Assembly (NCBI GenBank): GCA_963771355.1
Contig: CAVYTA010000006.1
Span: forward strand, 1,760,001-1,824,000
Origin: an uncultured Candidatus Rokubacteria bacterium
GTDB lineage: Bacteria; Methylomirabilota; Methylomirabilia; Rokubacteriales; CSP1-6
Direction: 5' to 3'
DNA length: 64,000 nt
This document shows positions 50,297-60,194 of the stretch, piece after piece; within the stretch, counting starts at the first letter, position 1; each line of letters begins with the position of its first letter. A program made the translations under genes and the position numbers. Below the pieces are notes generated by a model. The model had not been told where the DNA came from. It made no database searches and saw nothing but the letters and a program-made list of their open reading frames with translations.

Positions 50297-51530
50297 CCTC
50301 GCCACCGGCCTGCGCTGCATCGACTGCGGCGCCGGGCACCCGCTGGGGTACACGCTGCAGTGCGGGGCCTGCGCGGGGCTGCTGGAGCTGACCTACGACA
50401 CCGCGCGGCTCGTCCACGACGGCCGGGCCGTCCTCGCGGGCCGGGGGCTCTGGCGCTACGCCGCCGTCCTTCCCATCGCCGACCCGGCCCATCGCGTCAG
50501 CCTGGGCGAGGGCGGCAGCCCGCTCCTCGACTGTCCGCGGCTGGCGCGCGAGCTGCGCGTGCGGCGGCTCCTGGTGAAGTACGAGGGCTCCAATCCCACC
50601 GGCACCGTGAAGGACCGCTCGTCCGCCACCGCGGTGGGCGCCGCGCTCCAGTTCAACTTCCGTGCGACCTCGGTGGTCTCGAGCGGCAATGCCGGCTCCT
50701 CGGTGGCCGCCTACTCCGCACGCGCGGGCCTGCGGTCCTTGATCTTCGCCTACGAGAAGGCCTCCGCGCCCAAGCTGCTGCACATGGCGGCCGCCGCCAC
50801 CGACCTCGTGATTTACGCCGGCGTGTACGACGACCTCATCGGCCTCTGGGACCGTTTGGTAGAGGAGCGGCACTTCTTCGACTGCGGGGCCTCGCGCAAT
50901 CCCTACAAGCACGAGGGCAAGAAGACCATCGCCTACGAGATCGCGGAGCAGCTGGACTGGAAACCGCCCGACGTCGTGGTGGCGCCGGTGGCGGTGGGGG
51001 AGACCTTCGTCGCCGCCGCGCGGGGCTTCGCGGAGATGGAGCGCGCGGGCTGGATCCCCCGCCGGCCCCGCATGGTCGCCGCTCAGGCGACGCGCGCCAA
51101 CGCCATCTCGAGCGCGTGGCGCGAGAACCGGCCGCTGGCCCCGCTCAAGATCGGCTACACCGTGGCCGAGGGCCTCGCCGCCGGGAATCCCGGGAAGAAG
51201 GGCGCGTGGGTGCTCCGCATTCTCCGGGAAACCGGTGGGGTGGCGGGCGACGCCGAGGACGACGCCATCCTGGCCGCCCAGGCGCGGCTGGCCCGCGTCG
51301 AAGGCATCTGGGCGGGGCCGACCGGCTCGGCGAGCTTCGCCGTGCTCGAGCGGCTCCTGGGCGAGGGCGCCCTCGACCGGGACGCCACCATCTGCGTGAT
51401 CGTCAGCGAGACCGGGCTCAAGACCGAGGCGGCGCCGCCGAGCCGACGCGCCACCGCTTTCGACGCAGCCTCGCTGCGACGGCTGGTCGAGGAGCGCCTC
51501 GGCGACGCCCACTTCGCGTCGCCACGGTGA
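50283..51530 (+). CDS. Threonine-synthase-like PLP enzyme
   Basis: N-terminal CxxC pairs, SLGEGGSP, NPTGTVKDR, SSGNAG, EGKKTIAYEI. Confidence 0.85.
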   Translation: MASASLATGLRCIDCGAGHPLGYTLQCGACAGLLELTYDTARLVHDGRAVLAGRGLWRYAAVLPIADPAHRVSLGEGGSPLLDCPRLARELRVRRLLVKYEGSNPTGTVKDRSSATAVGAALQFNFRATSVVSSGNAGSSVAAYSARAGLRSLIFAYEKASAPKLLHMAAAATDLVIYAGVYDDLIGLWDRLVEERHFFDCGASRNPYKHEGKKTIAYEIAEQLDWKPPDVVVAPVAVGETFVAAARGFAEMERAGWIPRRPRMVAAQATRANAISSAWRENRPLAPLKIGYTVAEGLAAGNPGKKGAWVLRILRETGGVAGDAEDDAILAAQARLARVEGIWAGPTGSASFAVLERLLGEGALDRDATICVIVSETGLKTEAAPPSRRATAFDAASLRRLVEERLGDAHFASPR

Positions 51531-51700
51531 CGCGGTTGGTCGGCCCAGTCTGGCACATTTGACACCCCGCCCTCCGTGCCGACCGGCGGGGCCCGATCGT
51601 GGAGTGACTCGAGTCCAATAAAACAGCGCGTTGCGAGGCTGGGCGTCCGGCGACCGCGAGGGCCACCTCCGGGCACATCGCTTGCACTTCTCCATCGGTC

Positions 51701-52297
51701 GTGACGCCCACTCGTCTGCTTCTCTCCTTGTCGATGGTGCTGCTCGCGCTCTGGGGCGCCGCGCACGTGGCCGCCGATTCGGTCACCGACCGCCTCCGTC
51801 CAGAGATCGAGCGAGTGCTACAGACCCTCGATGACCCCACGCTCAGGCCCACCGCCAAGGCGTCCGAGCGACGCCAGGCGTTGCGTGAGGTCACCGAGGG
51901 CCTGTTCGACTGGGCGGAGATGGCGCAACGCGCACTGGGCTCGCACTGGGATGCCCGCAACGAGGCGGAGCGCGCAGAGTTCGCGGGGCTGTTCCGCGGG
52001 CTGATCGAGCACGCGTATCTCGCGAAGCTCGAGCGGTACGGCGGCGAGAAGGTCGTCTACGCGGGAGAGTCGGTGGAGGGCGAGCAGGCCACCGTCCGCA
52101 CGCGCGTGCTCACGCGTCAGGGCGAGGAGGTAGCCATCGACTACCGGCTGACCGCCCGGGGCGACCGCTGGCTCATCTACGACGTGGTGGTGGACGGCAT
52201 CAGCATCACCGGCAACTACCGCGCCCAGTTCAACGAAGTCGTGACCAAGTCCTCCTATCAGCAGCTCGTCAAGCGGATCCGCGCTCGCGCGTCCTGA
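51701..52297 (+). CDS. MlaC/Ttg2D-family periplasmic lipid-binding protein
   Basis: FDWAEMAQRALG, WLIYDVVVDGIS, NYRAQF. Confidence 0.9.
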   Translation: MTPTRLLLSLSMVLLALWGAAHVAADSVTDRLRPEIERVLQTLDDPTLRPTAKASERRQALREVTEGLFDWAEMAQRALGSHWDARNEAERAEFAGLFRGLIEHAYLAKLERYGGEKVVYAGESVEGEQATVRTRVLTRQGEEVAIDYRLTARGDRWLIYDVVVDGISITGNYRAQFNEVVTKSSYQQLVKRIRARAS

Positions 52298-52964
52298 GCC
52301 GGCGCAGCTTGAGCCGGCGCGCCGCCAAGGCGGCCATGCGCGGGTCCCGCTCCACGCCGATCCACTGCCGTCCCTGCCCTGCCGCCAGCAGGGCCACCGA
52401 CCCCGCGCCGAGGAAGGGGTCGAGGACGGCGCCGCGCTTGCGGCTCACCGCCAGCAGGCGCCGGATCACCGCCGGCGGCGTGGCGTCCCAGCGGCTGTCC
52501 GGGTGTGACCACGGCAGCGGCAGCATCCAGGCCAGCGTCACCGAGCGCGGCCGGACCGGATGAGCGCCCACCTTGCGGAAGCGGAGCACGTAGTTGATCC
52601 GGTTGTCCCAGCGCTCGCGCGACCGCACCTGGGCCCAGCAGCCCTTGGCCTGGAGGGTCCAGCCCGCCCGCCGCATCGCGCGCGTGACGAGCCCGTCGAG
52701 GCCGGCCCATTCCCGCCCGTCGTGGCGGTCGCCGATGACGAGCCAGCAATCGCCGTCGGGCTGGAGCACGCGGTGCCACTGCCGGCCGAACTCCTTGGCC
52801 AGGGTCCGCGCCCAGCGCTCCGCGGAGGCGAGACCACGGCCCCGCACCCAGTACGGCGGCGAGGTGATGATCACCGCGACCTCCCCGGTGGCGATGGCCC
52901 CGAGCCGGCGGCCGTCGCCCACGATCAGCCGCCCCCGACCGTCCGCGGACGCGTAGGTGGTCAC
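52269..52964 (-). CDS. Small amino (N4/N6) DNA methyltransferase, beta-type motif order
   Basis: TSPPYW before VLDPFLGAGS and IGVE. Confidence 0.8.
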   Translation of the reverse strand: MTTYASADGRGRLIVGDGRRLGAIATGEVAVIITSPPYWVRGRGLASAERWARTLAKEFGRQWHRVLQPDGDCWLVIGDRHDGREWAGLDGLVTRAMRRAGWTLQAKGCWAQVRSRERWDNRINYVLRFRKVGAHPVRPRSVTLAWMLPLPWSHPDSRWDATPPAVIRRLLAVSRKRGAVLDPFLGAGSVALLAAGQGRQWIGVERDPRMAALAARRLKLRRLRTRERGSA

Positions 52965-53734
52965 AGGGGATACGGGATGAACTCTTCCGCGATCTCTACC
53001 TCGCCGTCGAACCGCTGGTGGGCCTCATCGGCGAGGGCAGCAGTGGCCTCGTGATGGGCGGGGTCGATGTGGGTGAGGATGAGGCGGCGCACCCCGGCGC
53101 GCGCCGCGATCTCCCCCGCCTGCCGCGCGGTGGAGTGTACCCCGTGGCGGCGCGCGTCGCCTTCGGCGTACGTCGCCTCGTGAATGAGGGTGTGGGCGCC
53201 CCGGGCGAGCTCCACCACCGCCTCGCAGGGCTCGGTATCCGAGGAATAGACCACCGACGGCGCCCCCGCCGGGTCGACGCGCAGGGCCAGATTCGGCATG
53301 GGGCCATGCGCATTGGGCGAGGCGGTGAGGGTGAAGGGGCCGGAGCGGCCGAGAAGGGCGCGGGGGACCGCCGGCACGGGCTCGAAGACGAGCGGGAACT
53401 GATCGGGCCGGTCGAGGATGCGGAAGACGCGCAGCAGGTCGCGGAGGGGCTCGGCATGCTCCTCTCGGCAGTTGATCGTGAGCGCGGCGGTCCGGCCCAT
53501 GAGCCCGAGCCCGCGGACGAGCGAGGGCAGCCCGTAGGAATGGTCCACGTGGAGGTGGGTCACCAGGACCCGCGTCACGCTCTGGGGGTTCACCGCGGCC
53601 AGCAGCAGCTTCTGGATGGGGCTGCCGCCGCAGTCCACCAGGACCGACTCGTCATCGCCCACGAAGACCAGCGAGGTGTTGTCGCGGCGCAGGGACGGCA
53701 CCGCGCCCGAGGTGCCGAGGAAGGCGAAGTGCAC
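52961..53734 (-). CDS. RNase Z-like metallo-beta-lactamase
   Basis: LGTSGAVP, THLHVDH, YSSDT, LIHEAT, HST, LTH. Confidence 0.85.
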   Translation of the reverse strand: MHFAFLGTSGAVPSLRRDNTSLVFVGDDESVLVDCGGSPIQKLLLAAVNPQSVTRVLVTHLHVDHSYGLPSLVRGLGLMGRTAALTINCREEHAEPLRDLLRVFRILDRPDQFPLVFEPVPAVPRALLGRSGPFTLTASPNAHGPMPNLALRVDPAGAPSVVYSSDTEPCEAVVELARGAHTLIHEATYAEGDARRHGVHSTARQAGEIAARAGVRRLILTHIDPAHHEATAALADEAHQRFDGEVEIAEEFIPYPL

Positions 53735-53746
53735 GCGGCGCGCCGA

Positions 53747-54526
53747 TCAGGCGCGGCTGCGCCGGAGCAGGAGTGGGACGCCGATCACAGCCGCCGCTAC
53801 CCCGAGCAGGCTCACCACCTGGGCCACCCGGATGGGGCCGAACATCAGGGGGTCGGTGCGGAGCCCCTCCGTGATGAAACGTCCGACGGAGTAGAGGCCC
53901 AGATAGGTCAAGAAGAGCGCACCTTTCGCATGCTTGAGGCGGTCACGGAAGACGTAGACCAGGAGGAAGAATACGGCGAGGTCCCAGAGCGACTCATACA
54001 GGAACGCGGGGTGGAAAAAATCATCCTGCGCGTACTGGAGGGGGCGGTGCGACGGGGAGATATAGAGCTTCCAGGGCAGCGAGGTGGGGGTGCCGAAGGC
54101 CTCCTCGTTGAAATAGTTCCCCCATCGGCCGATGGCCTGCCCGAGCACGAGGCTGGGGGCGGCGATGTCCAGATAGTCGCGGACGGGCAGCTTGCGCAGG
54201 TAGGCATAGCCGCCGCCCACCAGAACGCCCCCGATGATGCCGCCGTGGATGGCGAGCCCACCCTCCCAGACCGCGATGATCTTGCTCGGGTCCTGCATGT
54301 AGTAATCGAGGTTGAAGAGCACGTAATAGAGGCGGGCGCCCACCAGGGCCCCCAGGAGCCCCAGCTCGGAGGCCTTGAGGAGGTTCTCGGGATCGAGACC
54401 ACGGCGGCGGGCATCACGATAGGCGAGCCAGAGCCCGACCGCCATGGCGAGGGCCATCAGGATGCCGTACCACCGGATGCTCAGCGGGCCGATCTGGATG
54501 GCGACGGGGCCCGGCGAACGGAACAT
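53747..54526 (-). CDS. lgt: Prolipoprotein diacylglyceryl transferase
   Basis: IRWYG, GARLYYV, WEGGLAIHGG, QAIGRWGNYFN, HPAFLYES. Confidence 0.96.
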   Translation of the reverse strand: MFRSPGPVAIQIGPLSIRWYGILMALAMAVGLWLAYRDARRRGLDPENLLKASELGLLGALVGARLYYVLFNLDYYMQDPSKIIAVWEGGLAIHGGIIGGVLVGGGYAYLRKLPVRDYLDIAAPSLVLGQAIGRWGNYFNEEAFGTPTSLPWKLYISPSHRPLQYAQDDFFHPAFLYESLWDLAVFFLLVYVFRDRLKHAKGALFLTYLGLYSVGRFITEGLRTDPLMFGPIRVAQVVSLLGVAAAVIGVPLLLRRSRA

Positions 54527-54535
54527 ATCGGAACT

Positions 54536-54599
54536 CTTATACGGGGGCGCCTCCCTCGCTGTCAATTGTTTGACACTCTTCGGACCCGTTCTGTATCAT
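54536..54599. promoter_or_regulatory. Back-to-back sigma70 promoters for lgt (-) and tolQ (+)
   Basis: + TTGACA(54570)-18-TATCAT(54594); - TTGACA(54565)-18-TATAAG(54541). Confidence 0.65.
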
Positions 54600-54648
54600 C
54601 GAAATCACGCGGTTCCCGCGCGAAGGTCACCTTGAAAAGGAGCCCCTG

Positions 54649-55389
54649 GTGCCAGGCAACAGCAGTCTGAACGCAAGCGTCGTCGAGCTGGTCCTCAACG
54701 CCGGCCCCGTCGCGAAGTTCATCCTCCTCCTGCTCGCCGTCTTCTCGGTGGTCTGCTGGGCGCTCATCGTGGAGAAATGGTGGGAGTTCCGGAAGGTACA
54801 CCGGGAGTCCATGCGCTTCCTCAAGGTGTTCCGCGAGGGGCGCCGGCTCGCCGCCATCTACGTCGGCGCGCGCCGGCACCGCGAGAGCCCGCTCGCCCAG
54901 CTCTACGTGGCGGGTTGCCAGGAGGCGGCCGGGGGCGTGGTCGGGGGCGAGCTGCTCGAGCATGCCCTCGCGGAGGCGGAGGACGGCCTCCCGCCGAGCC
55001 GGCTGGAGGCGGTGGATCGCGCGATGCGGCGCGCCGCTTCCGTCGAAGTGGCGCGAATGGAGCGGTATCTTCCTTTCCTCGCCACCACCGCCAGCGCGGC
55101 GCCGTTCATCGGCCTCTTCGGCACCGTGTGGGGCGTCATGAGCGCCTTTCACGGAATCGGGCAGCAGGGCTCGGCGAGCCTCGCCGTCGTGGCCCCCGGC
55201 ATCTCCGAGGCCCTCATCGCCACCGCGGCCGGCCTGGGCGCCGCCATTCCCGCGGTCATGGGCTATAACTACTTCGTCAACCGGGTGAAGCACTGGGCGG
55301 CGGAGATGGAGGGCTTCACCCTCGATTTCCTCAACCTCCTCTCGCGCCCCGTGCCCAAGACGGTGGCCTCGGCAAAAGATGGCGTTTAG
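54649..55389 (+). CDS. tolQ: TolQ (MotA/TolQ/ExbB family)
   Basis: APFIGLFGTVWG, VAPGISEALIATAAGL. Confidence 0.92.
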   Translation: MPGNSSLNASVVELVLNAGPVAKFILLLLAVFSVVCWALIVEKWWEFRKVHRESMRFLKVFREGRRLAAIYVGARRHRESPLAQLYVAGCQEAAGGVVGGELLEHALAEAEDGLPPSRLEAVDRAMRRAASVEVARMERYLPFLATTASAAPFIGLFGTVWGVMSAFHGIGQQGSASLAVVAPGISEALIATAAGLGAAIPAVMGYNYFVNRVKHWAAEMEGFTLDFLNLLSRPVPKTVASAKDGV

Positions 55390-55813
55390 ACTCGAGTCCT
55401 CGGGAAGCGGGCGGAGCTCGCGGATCGGCGCCAACCTGTCCGAGATCAACATCATTCCACTCGTGGACGTGATCCTCGTCCTGCTCCTCATCTTCATGCT
55501 CACCGCGCCGCTGATGCATCGTGGGATCGACGTGGCCCTGCCCAAGAGCTCGGCCAAGCCGACCGCGGTGGAGGAACGGCTGGTGCTCACCCTCACCAAG
55601 GAACAGACCATCTATCTCAACGACAAGCCGGTCCCCGTCGCGGGGCTCGAGCCGCGGCTCCGCGAGGCGATCAAGACCCGTACCGACAAGACCATCTACC
55701 TCAAGGCCGATCAGGGGCTCTCGTATGGCTTCGTGGTCGAGACCATGGACCGGATCCGCCGTGCCGGGGTCGAGAAGCTCGGGATGGTCACGGAGCCGGC
55801 GAGGGACCGCTGA
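55379..55813 (+). CDS. tolR: TolR (ExbD family)
   Basis: EINIIPLVDVILVLLLIFM. Confidence 0.92.
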   Translation: MAFRLESSGSGRSSRIGANLSEINIIPLVDVILVLLLIFMLTAPLMHRGIDVALPKSSAKPTAVEERLVLTLTKEQTIYLNDKPVPVAGLEPRLREAIKTRTDKTIYLKADQGLSYGFVVETMDRIRRAGVEKLGMVTEPARDR

Positions 55814-55842
55814 TCGCAACCAGCGTCGCCCAGGAGTTCCCC

Positions 55843-56688
55843 ATGCCGTCGCCGATGCAGGTGCCTCGCGGCCGGCTCGGGCCTGCGCTGCGCCGCCGGC
55901 GCCTCCCGATGGCGGCGCTCACCGTCTCGGCGGTGGTGCATGTGCTGCTCGCCGGCGGGCTCCTGGTCGCGGTCATCTGGGGCGGCTGGAACGCCCGAAA
56001 GGTATACGTGGTGAATCTCGTGCCGAGCATTTCCGCCGTCGGTGCCCCCACCGCGGTGGCGCCGCGACCGGTGGTGCCGCCGTCGCCGCGCGTTCCGGAG
56101 CCGACGCCGCCGCGTGAGACGCGGCCGCCGGAGCCCGCGAAGGCGCCCAGCCTTCCCGAGGGCCCGCCCTCGAGCGCGGCGCTGCCGCCGAGGGCCCCCG
56201 CCCTGCCGCGCCCCGGCGAGAGGGAGCTCCCGACCCTGGCGCCACCCAGTGAGCGCCGCTCGCTGCCGCCCGCCGCCGCCCGGACGACGGAAACGCCCAG
56301 TGAAGCTCGACCCGCTCCGCCGCCTCCCGCCCCGCCTCCAGGGCAGGTGACCGGCTCGCCCACGGGCACGGGCGTTCGCACCCTGGAGGCCTCGGACTTC
56401 CCGCACGCGTGGTACCTGCGGCAGGTGCTGGCCAAGGTCGAGCGGGAGTGGCAGAAGCAGGCCCAGATCGCCGAGCCGGGCCAGAAGCCGCTGGTGATGG
56501 TCGAGATACAGCGCGACGGCTCGATCGGCATGCCGAAGATCGAGAAGAGCTCCGGGAACGCGTTCTACGATCAGGCCGCCCTGCGCGCGATCATGGACGC
56601 GCGACCCTTCGCACCCCTTCCCGCCGAGTGGGTCCGCCCCTCGCTGCGGGTGATGTTCAGCTTCGACTTCAAGCCGGAGCGCGGATGA
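55843..56688 (+). CDS. tolA: TolA/TonB C-terminal domain protein
   Basis: TM anchor SAVVH, Pro-rich linker, SSGNAFYDQAALRAI; position in tol operon. Confidence 0.8.
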   Translation: MPSPMQVPRGRLGPALRRRRLPMAALTVSAVVHVLLAGGLLVAVIWGGWNARKVYVVNLVPSISAVGAPTAVAPRPVVPPSPRVPEPTPPRETRPPEPAKAPSLPEGPPSSAALPPRAPALPRPGERELPTLAPPSERRSLPPAAARTTETPSEARPAPPPPAPPPGQVTGSPTGTGVRTLEASDFPHAWYLRQVLAKVEREWQKQAQIAEPGQKPLVMVEIQRDGSIGMPKIEKSSGNAFYDQAALRAIMDARPFAPLPAEWVRPSLRVMFSFDFKPERG

Positions 56689-58022
56689 GCGCGTCTCGCC
56701 GCCTCGCCGCCGTCGCCGCTCTCCTGCTCGTGGTGGGGGTGAGCCTGGTCGTCTGGCCCCCCGTTCGGCCCGCGCGCTCGCAGGCTCCCGACGTGCTCCT
56801 CAATGTCCTCGGGGGGGGCGCGAAGAAGCTGAACCTCTTCATGCCGGACTTCACCGTGGTGGGCGGCCCCGACCCGGCGGGGCTGTCGCGCTCGCTCGCC
56901 GAAGTGACGGCCGGCGACCTCAAGTTCTCGGCGCTCTTCTCGGTGGTGGGCGGCCAGCCGGCGCTCCCCGCCGCGAACCCGGAGGCGCTCAAGAAGGCCT
57001 GGACGGACGCCGCGGCGGCGGGCGCGCATGCAGCGCTGCACGGCCTCCTCACCCCGCGTGCCGACCGCCTCGAGGGGGAGCTGCGGCTGTACGACCTCAC
57101 CTCGCCCGAGCTGCGCCTCATCGCGACGAAGAAGATCGCGGTGGTACCCGCCGAGGCGCGGCGGCTCGCCCACAAGATGGCCGACGAGGTGGTGCTCCAG
57201 TTCACCGGGGAGCCCGGCGTGGCCGACACCAAGATCGCCTACGTGGCGCCGCGCGACGGCAGCAAGGAGATCGGGGTGATGGACTACGATGGGGCGGGCG
57301 CGGTGCCGCTGACCGCGAACCAGTCCATCAACCTCTCACCGCGCTGGAGCCCGGACGCTCGCTCGCTCGCCTTCACGTCGTACATGCGGGGCTACCCCTA
57401 CCTCTACCGGCTCTTCGCCTTCGAGCGCCGACCGGTGCAGCTCCTGGCCGGCTTCCTCGGCATCAACTCGTCGCCCGCATGGAGCCCGGACGGCAAGCAG
57501 GTGGCGCTGACCTTGTCCAAGGACGGTAATCCCGAGATCTATATCCTGACCCTGGCCACCGGCGCGTTCCGCCGGCTCACCATCCATCCCGGCATCGACA
57601 CCGAGCCCACCTGGTCGCCCACCGGACGGGAGCTCGCCTTCGTATCCGACCGGGCGGGACCGGCGCAGGTCTACGTGATGGACGTGGAAGGCACCAATGT
57701 CCGGCGCCTGACCCAGGCCGGCTTCAACACCCAGCCGAGGTGGTCTCCTAAAGGGGACTCCATCGCCTACACCTCCCGGCAAGGCGCGCATGACATCTGG
57801 ATCGTCGCGCCCGACGGGTCGAACGTGCGGCGTCTCACCACCGGATCCGGTGACAACGAGAGCTCGTCATGGGCCCCGAACGGCCGGCACCTGGCGTTCC
57901 AGTCCACCCGCCAGCGCGGCCCGAGAATTTTCACCATGCTCCCCGACGGCTCCGAGCAGCAGCCGGTGCCCAGCGGGCCCACCGAAGCGGCAAGTCCTGC
58001 ATGGTCGCCGCGCCTTCCGTGA
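56685..58022 (+). CDS. tolB: TolB
   Basis: PD40 repeats (WSPDG), AHKMADEV, MDYDG. Confidence 0.93.
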   Translation: MSASRRLAAVAALLLVVGVSLVVWPPVRPARSQAPDVLLNVLGGGAKKLNLFMPDFTVVGGPDPAGLSRSLAEVTAGDLKFSALFSVVGGQPALPAANPEALKKAWTDAAAAGAHAALHGLLTPRADRLEGELRLYDLTSPELRLIATKKIAVVPAEARRLAHKMADEVVLQFTGEPGVADTKIAYVAPRDGSKEIGVMDYDGAGAVPLTANQSINLSPRWSPDARSLAFTSYMRGYPYLYRLFAFERRPVQLLAGFLGINSSPAWSPDGKQVALTLSKDGNPEIYILTLATGAFRRLTIHPGIDTEPTWSPTGRELAFVSDRAGPAQVYVMDVEGTNVRRLTQAGFNTQPRWSPKGDSIAYTSRQGAHDIWIVAPDGSNVRRLTTGSGDNESSSWAPNGRHLAFQSTRQRGPRIFTMLPDGSEQQPVPSGPTEAASPAWSPRLP

Positions 58023-58080
58023 TAGGATGACCTCGATTTTCACTCGGATCTTTAGCGTTCCAAAAGGAGGTTTTCACACT

Positions 58081-58691
58081 ATGGCTCAACGACGGGGTTC
58101 TTTGCTTGCGGTCATGCCCCTGCTCCTCTTGACACTGTTCCTCGTGGGCTGCCCCAAGCGCCCCGCCACTCCGGTCGCGTCCGCTCCCGCGCCGACTGGA
58201 TCGGCCATGGCTCCCGCGCCCGGACCGGCCCCGGCACCGGCACCGCCCGCAGCGCCGGGCCCGTCGGCGCTGGCCCCCGCCGCGCCCGCGCCCGGAGGAG
58301 CCGCCACCACCTCCCCCCGGGTACGCCGCCGCGGCCGAGTGAGTTCACCGAGAACACCAATCTCAAGGACGTGTTCTTCGACTTCGACCGGTACGACGTA
58401 CGGGCGGGCGACGCGAAGATCCTCGACGGCAACGCGGCGTGGCTGAAGTCCAGCGACAACAACTTGGTCCTCATCGAGGGACACTGCGACGAGCGCGGTA
58501 CCAACGAGTACAACCTCGCGCTGGGCGAGCGCCGCGCCAAGTCCACGATGAACTACCTCGTGGCCCAGGGCATCCAGGCCAACCGCATCACGATCATCTC
58601 GTATGGCAAGGAGCGCCCGGTCTGCAGCGAGAAGAACGAGAGCTGCTGGCAGAAGAATCGTCGGGCACATTTCCTGGTCAAGGCCCGTTAG
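58081..58691 (+). CDS. pal: Peptidoglycan-associated lipoprotein, frameshift in C6 run at about 58313-58318
   Basis: Lipobox LVGC in frame 1; FFDFD, IEGHCDERGTNEYNLALGERRA, NRR in frame 2. Confidence 0.9.
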
Positions 58692-58722
58692 CGGCCTCCA
58701 CGCCGGGAAGGAACGACCCGCA

Positions 58723-59580
58723 TTGAAGGCGCGGCACGCGAAGGGGAGCCCCCGGCTCCCCTTCGGTGTCTTGCTCCTCCTCGCCGCGGTGGCGCCGCTC
58801 GCGGGCGGCTGCGCCGACTCCACCGGCGAGGCCCTGCATCAGGACGTCGCCCAGCTCCGGCAGGACCTCAATGCGCTGACCCTCTCGGTGCACCGCGGCC
58901 GCGGCGACACGGAGGCGGTGCTGAACCAGCTCGACCGGCGCGCGCGAGAGGGGAACGCCGAGTCCAGCCGTCAGATGGGCGCGCTGTCCGCGCGCGTCGA
59001 CACGCTGTCCACCGAGCTGACTCGCGTGTCCGCCCGACTGGACGAGCTGTCGCAGCGCATCGAAACCCTGAGCCGTGAGCTCGCCTCGCGCGCGGCTCCG
59101 GCTCCATCGTCCGGAGGCTCGGCGCCGGGAACGGCGGGGGCGCCGCGGAGCTCGGGAGGGCCGACGCCGCAGCAGGCCTATCAGGCGGCCTATCTCGACT
59201 TCAGCAAGGGAAACTACCCGCTGGCGGTGGCGGGATTCCGCGAGTTCGTCCGGCGCTATCCCGACGCCCCGCTCGCGGACCAGGCCCAGTACTGGGTGGG
59301 GGAATCTCTGTTCAGCCAGGCGCGCGCCAGCCTCGCCGCGGGTCAGTCGGACAAGGCCACGCGCGAGCTGGAGCAGGCGGTGCAGGAGTTCCGGCGCGTG
59401 AGCCTGAACTATCCGCGCGGCGACAAGGTGCCGACGGCCCTGTACAAGGAAGCCCTGGCGCTCCTCGAGCTCAAGCAGCCCCGGCTCGCGCAGACACGAC
59501 TGCAGTACCTGCTCGACAATTTCCCGCAGTCGGAGGAAGCTCCCCTCGCGAAGGAGCGCCTCGCCAATCTTGGTGGCTGA
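58723..59580 (+). CDS. cpoB: CpoB/YbgF tol-pal TPR protein
   Basis: Lipobox, coiled coil, AQYWVGE, KVPTALYK; follows pal; start approximate. Confidence 0.88.
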   Translation: MKARHAKGSPRLPFGVLLLLAAVAPLAGGCADSTGEALHQDVAQLRQDLNALTLSVHRGRGDTEAVLNQLDRRAREGNAESSRQMGALSARVDTLSTELTRVSARLDELSQRIETLSRELASRAAPAPSSGGSAPGTAGAPRSSGGPTPQQAYQAAYLDFSKGNYPLAVAGFREFVRRYPDAPLADQAQYWVGESLFSQARASLAAGQSDKATRELEQAVQEFRRVSLNYPRGDKVPTALYKEALALLELKQPRLAQTRLQYLLDNFPQSEEAPLAKERLANLGG

Positions 59581-59602
59581 CCGGGACGGCTAGCTGGGCG
59601 GG

Positions 59603-60115
59603 CTAGCGCGAGGCGAAGAGCCAGATCACGGTGACGCCGCGCTCGGCGCCGCGATCGGAATCGGAATAGACCATCACGCTGCCGTCGGGATCCCCGGTGG
59701 CGACGTCCTGCACCATCACCGGTCCCCACGCGGGCAGAAGCTCGCCCTCATCCGCCGGCCAGAAGGAGACGGACAGGAGCGTGACCGTCGCGAGGCCGGT
59801 AGCCAGCGCCAGCCGGGGATGTCCCCAGACCGGCTTCCAGAACGGCAGCCACCAGGGTTCTCGTAGCGGCCGCGCCGGCTCGGTCTCGATGCGTGACCGG
59901 ATGACCGTCCAGAACCCGGACCAGTCCGGCAGCCGGGGCTCGGACGCCACTCCACGCACCTGGGAGCGGAGCGCCGTGAGGCGCTCCATCCGGGCCCGGC
60001 AGGACGCGCAGCCGGTCAGGTGCCGGGCCACGGCCCGCATCGCTCGCGCGGGGAGCGCCACGTCCGCGAACGGCTCGATGCGGGATCGATTCCAGAGACA
60101 GCCCAGCGATGGCAT
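59603..60115 (-). CDS. Anti-sigma-factor-like protein (zf-HC2)
   Basis: HLTGCASC motif and one TM helix. Confidence 0.75.
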   Translation of the reverse strand: MPSLGCLWNRSRIEPFADVALPARAMRAVARHLTGCASCRARMERLTALRSQVRGVASEPRLPDWSGFWTVIRSRIETEPARPLREPWWLPFWKPVWGHPRLALATGLATVTLLSVSFWPADEGELLPAWGPVMVQDVATGDPDGSVMVYSDSDRGAERGVTVIWLFASR

Positions 60116-60194
60116 CGTGTGCAGTATACCTTGCTGTCTGGGACGGCCCTGGGCCCTTGAATATTCCCGAGCTCACGCCTAAGGTCTGAGAAAG

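Noticed and set aside
48443..50353. N-terminal extension of the 969-aa ORF 47444-50353
   Set aside because: Only 47444-48442 encodes the binding protein (own RBS and signal peptide); the rest overlaps the permease and glycosyltransferase genes
52269..52964. Restriction-modification or defence system
   Set aside because: No endonuclease or other defence gene adjacent
58310..58330. Programmed frameshift or phase variation in pal
   Set aside because: Short C6 run in a conserved envelope gene and several similar indels elsewhere; sequencing error is more likely
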